A stretch of DNA of 64,000 bases, taken from Octopus vulgaris (taxonomy: Eukaryota). Below, in pieces: positions 62,255 through 64,000 of this stretch. The notes below the pieces were generated by a model, which saw only the letters and a program-made list of their open reading frames with translations, searched no databases and was not told the DNA's origin. Both the position numbers and the translations under genes were made by a program. Position 1 is the stretch's first letter; every line of letters starts with the position of its first letter. Location: assembly GCA_951406725.2 (NCBI GenBank), contig OX597837.1, positions 2,852,001 to 2,916,000 on the forward strand. Direction: 5' to 3'.

Positions 62255-62859
62255 TATACTCTTTTACTTGTTTCAGTCATTTGACTGCGGCCATGCTGGA
62301 GCACCGCCTTTAGTCGAGCAAATCGACCTCAGGACTTATTCTTTGTAAGCCCAGTACTTATTCTATCGGTCTCTTTTTGCCGAACCGCTAAGTGACGGCA
62401 AAATATATTATTTTATCACACAGATTTCAAAATTCTTTTACTGAAAATTTCATCTTAAATGATTGAATCACAACTAATTTTGTTCACTGTCACATAGTTA
62501 TTTTTCGCTGTGAGATAGTGATTTCTAACATTACTGTTTATGCTTCAACATAATATTGCCCTGCTCCCTATCTGTGTTTTGTTATAGCTTTCTGACGAAT
62601 GGATATTTTTTTAGTTGCATGTTCTATACACTAACTCTTAGTATAGATTACAATTGTTTTGTAATTAAATGTGTGGGGGACAGGTGCAAATAATTCATGC
62701 ACATGGAGATTTTTTTTCTCATATGTTTTAATATAGATTAATTCAATTTAAAACCAAAAATCTATTACTCTTAAGGACTATTCCATCCTTTCTTGAAAAC
62801 TGACTTAGAGGAATTTTTGTAGAAAGTTAAGTGCAATGGTAATTTGAATTACTGAATGT

Positions 62860-63264
62860 TCTCTCTCTTTTACTCTTTTATTTGTTTCAGTCATTTGACT
62901 GCGGCCATGCTAGAGCACCGCCTTTAATCAAGCAACTCGACCCCGGGACTTATTCTTTTGTAAGCCCAGTACTTATGTTATCGGTCTCTTTTGCCGAACT
63001 GCTAAGTAACGGGGACATAAACACACCAGCATTGGTTGTCAAGCAATGCTAGGGGGGACAAACACAAACACACACACACACATATATATATACATATATA
63101 CGACGGGCTTCTTTCAGTTTTCGTCTACAAAATCCACTCACAAGTATTTGGTTGCCCCAAGGCTATAATAGAAGACACTTGCCCAAGGTCCCATGCATTG
63201 GGACTGAACCCGGAACCATGTGGTTGGTAAGCAAGCTACTTACCACACAGCCACTCCTGCGCCT
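62860..63264 (-). mobile_element. Full-length tRNA-derived SINE (a partial copy also lies at 62257-62398)
   Basis: Family match. Confidence 0.85.
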
Positions 63265-63779
63265 GAAATATATATTTCATTATTTTATTGCAGTCTTAAT
63301 CTCTCTTGTTTGAAGAACTCAAAGGTAGCCCATCCTCTGTGTGGTTGTTTAGTATGCTAGAAATAGCATGGATCACAAGGGTCTCAAAAATAATTGTTTT
63401 TTTCAACATAATTGTGATGTACATCATCAAAATGCATGAGGAAATAAAGTTGAGATGCATGAAATATTCAACCCCAGCTTATTTTATTCATCACATTATA
63501 TTCCAACAGAGTCGCAGTAATCTATACCGTCTCAATATATTGGAAGAAAATTTCAGTAAAAATAGATCTATTTCAAAAAGATATAAGGAAAAGTAAGGGA
63601 AGGGGAACAATTCTGGCATTCATCATATTTTATGGACTCGACCATGTTCTAAAATAAGTCGGAAGGTAAGCTACTATAAATCAGCACAAACTTTCCGGAC
63701 AACCCAATAATATTTTCTATGGCACACCTAATTTCCATTTGAATCGTTTGTCAAATAGTCTTCACTCACTCAGTAAATA

Positions 63780-64000
63780 TCATCATCATCATCGTTTAGT
63801 GTCCGCTTTCCATACTAGCATGGGTTGGACAGTTCAACTGGGTTCTGGGAAGCCAGAAGCCGTACCAGGCCCAGTCTGATCTGGCAATGTTTCTACGGCT
63901 GGATGCCCTTCCTAACACCAACCACTCCTTGAGTGTAGTGGGAACTTTTTACGTGCCACTGGCACAGGTGCCAGACGAGGCTGGCAAACGGCCACGATCG
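63780..64000 (-). mobile_element. (GAT)n-tailed retroposon fragment running off the window
   Basis: Matches 16830-17100. Confidence 0.75.

Overview
AT-rich, repeat-dense animal genomic DNA; the SINE/MITE families and tandem poly-C2H2 genes fit an octopus (coleoid cephalopod) genome, which is an inference from recognition and not a database result. The backbone is a head-to-tail array of six paralogous C2H2 zinc-finger units, all on the + strand and about 8-14 kb apart. Four have intact ORFs (10, 10, 17+1 degenerate and 18 fingers), one is a clear pseudogene, and one frameshifted copy may reflect consensus error. Every unit has the same inferred layout: a conserved upstream motif (TAATATTTG..CGAAAGTGCGGC), a ~170-200 nt non-coding first exon ending at G|GTRAG, a transposon-filled intron of ~2.3-3.3 kb, a TTTCAG acceptor, a ~320-365 nt 5'UTR segment and a single coding exon with no recognisable effector domain. 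The spacers hold tRNA-type SINEs, CR1-, RTE- and Tx1-like LINE fragments, Tc1/mariner/pogo relics, many MITEs and Gypsy relics. The least explained structures are: (i) a 17-unit, 122/156-bp tandem array at 26.3-30.0 kb whose unit is an amplified exon end plus GT..intron carrying two hairpins; (ii) a 954-bp TG..CA element with a 4-bp TSD inside that array that contains a gag ORF within LTR termini; (iii) two long fold-back palindromes; (iv) SINE multimers that share one junction. Most repeat boundaries are approximate, read by eye.
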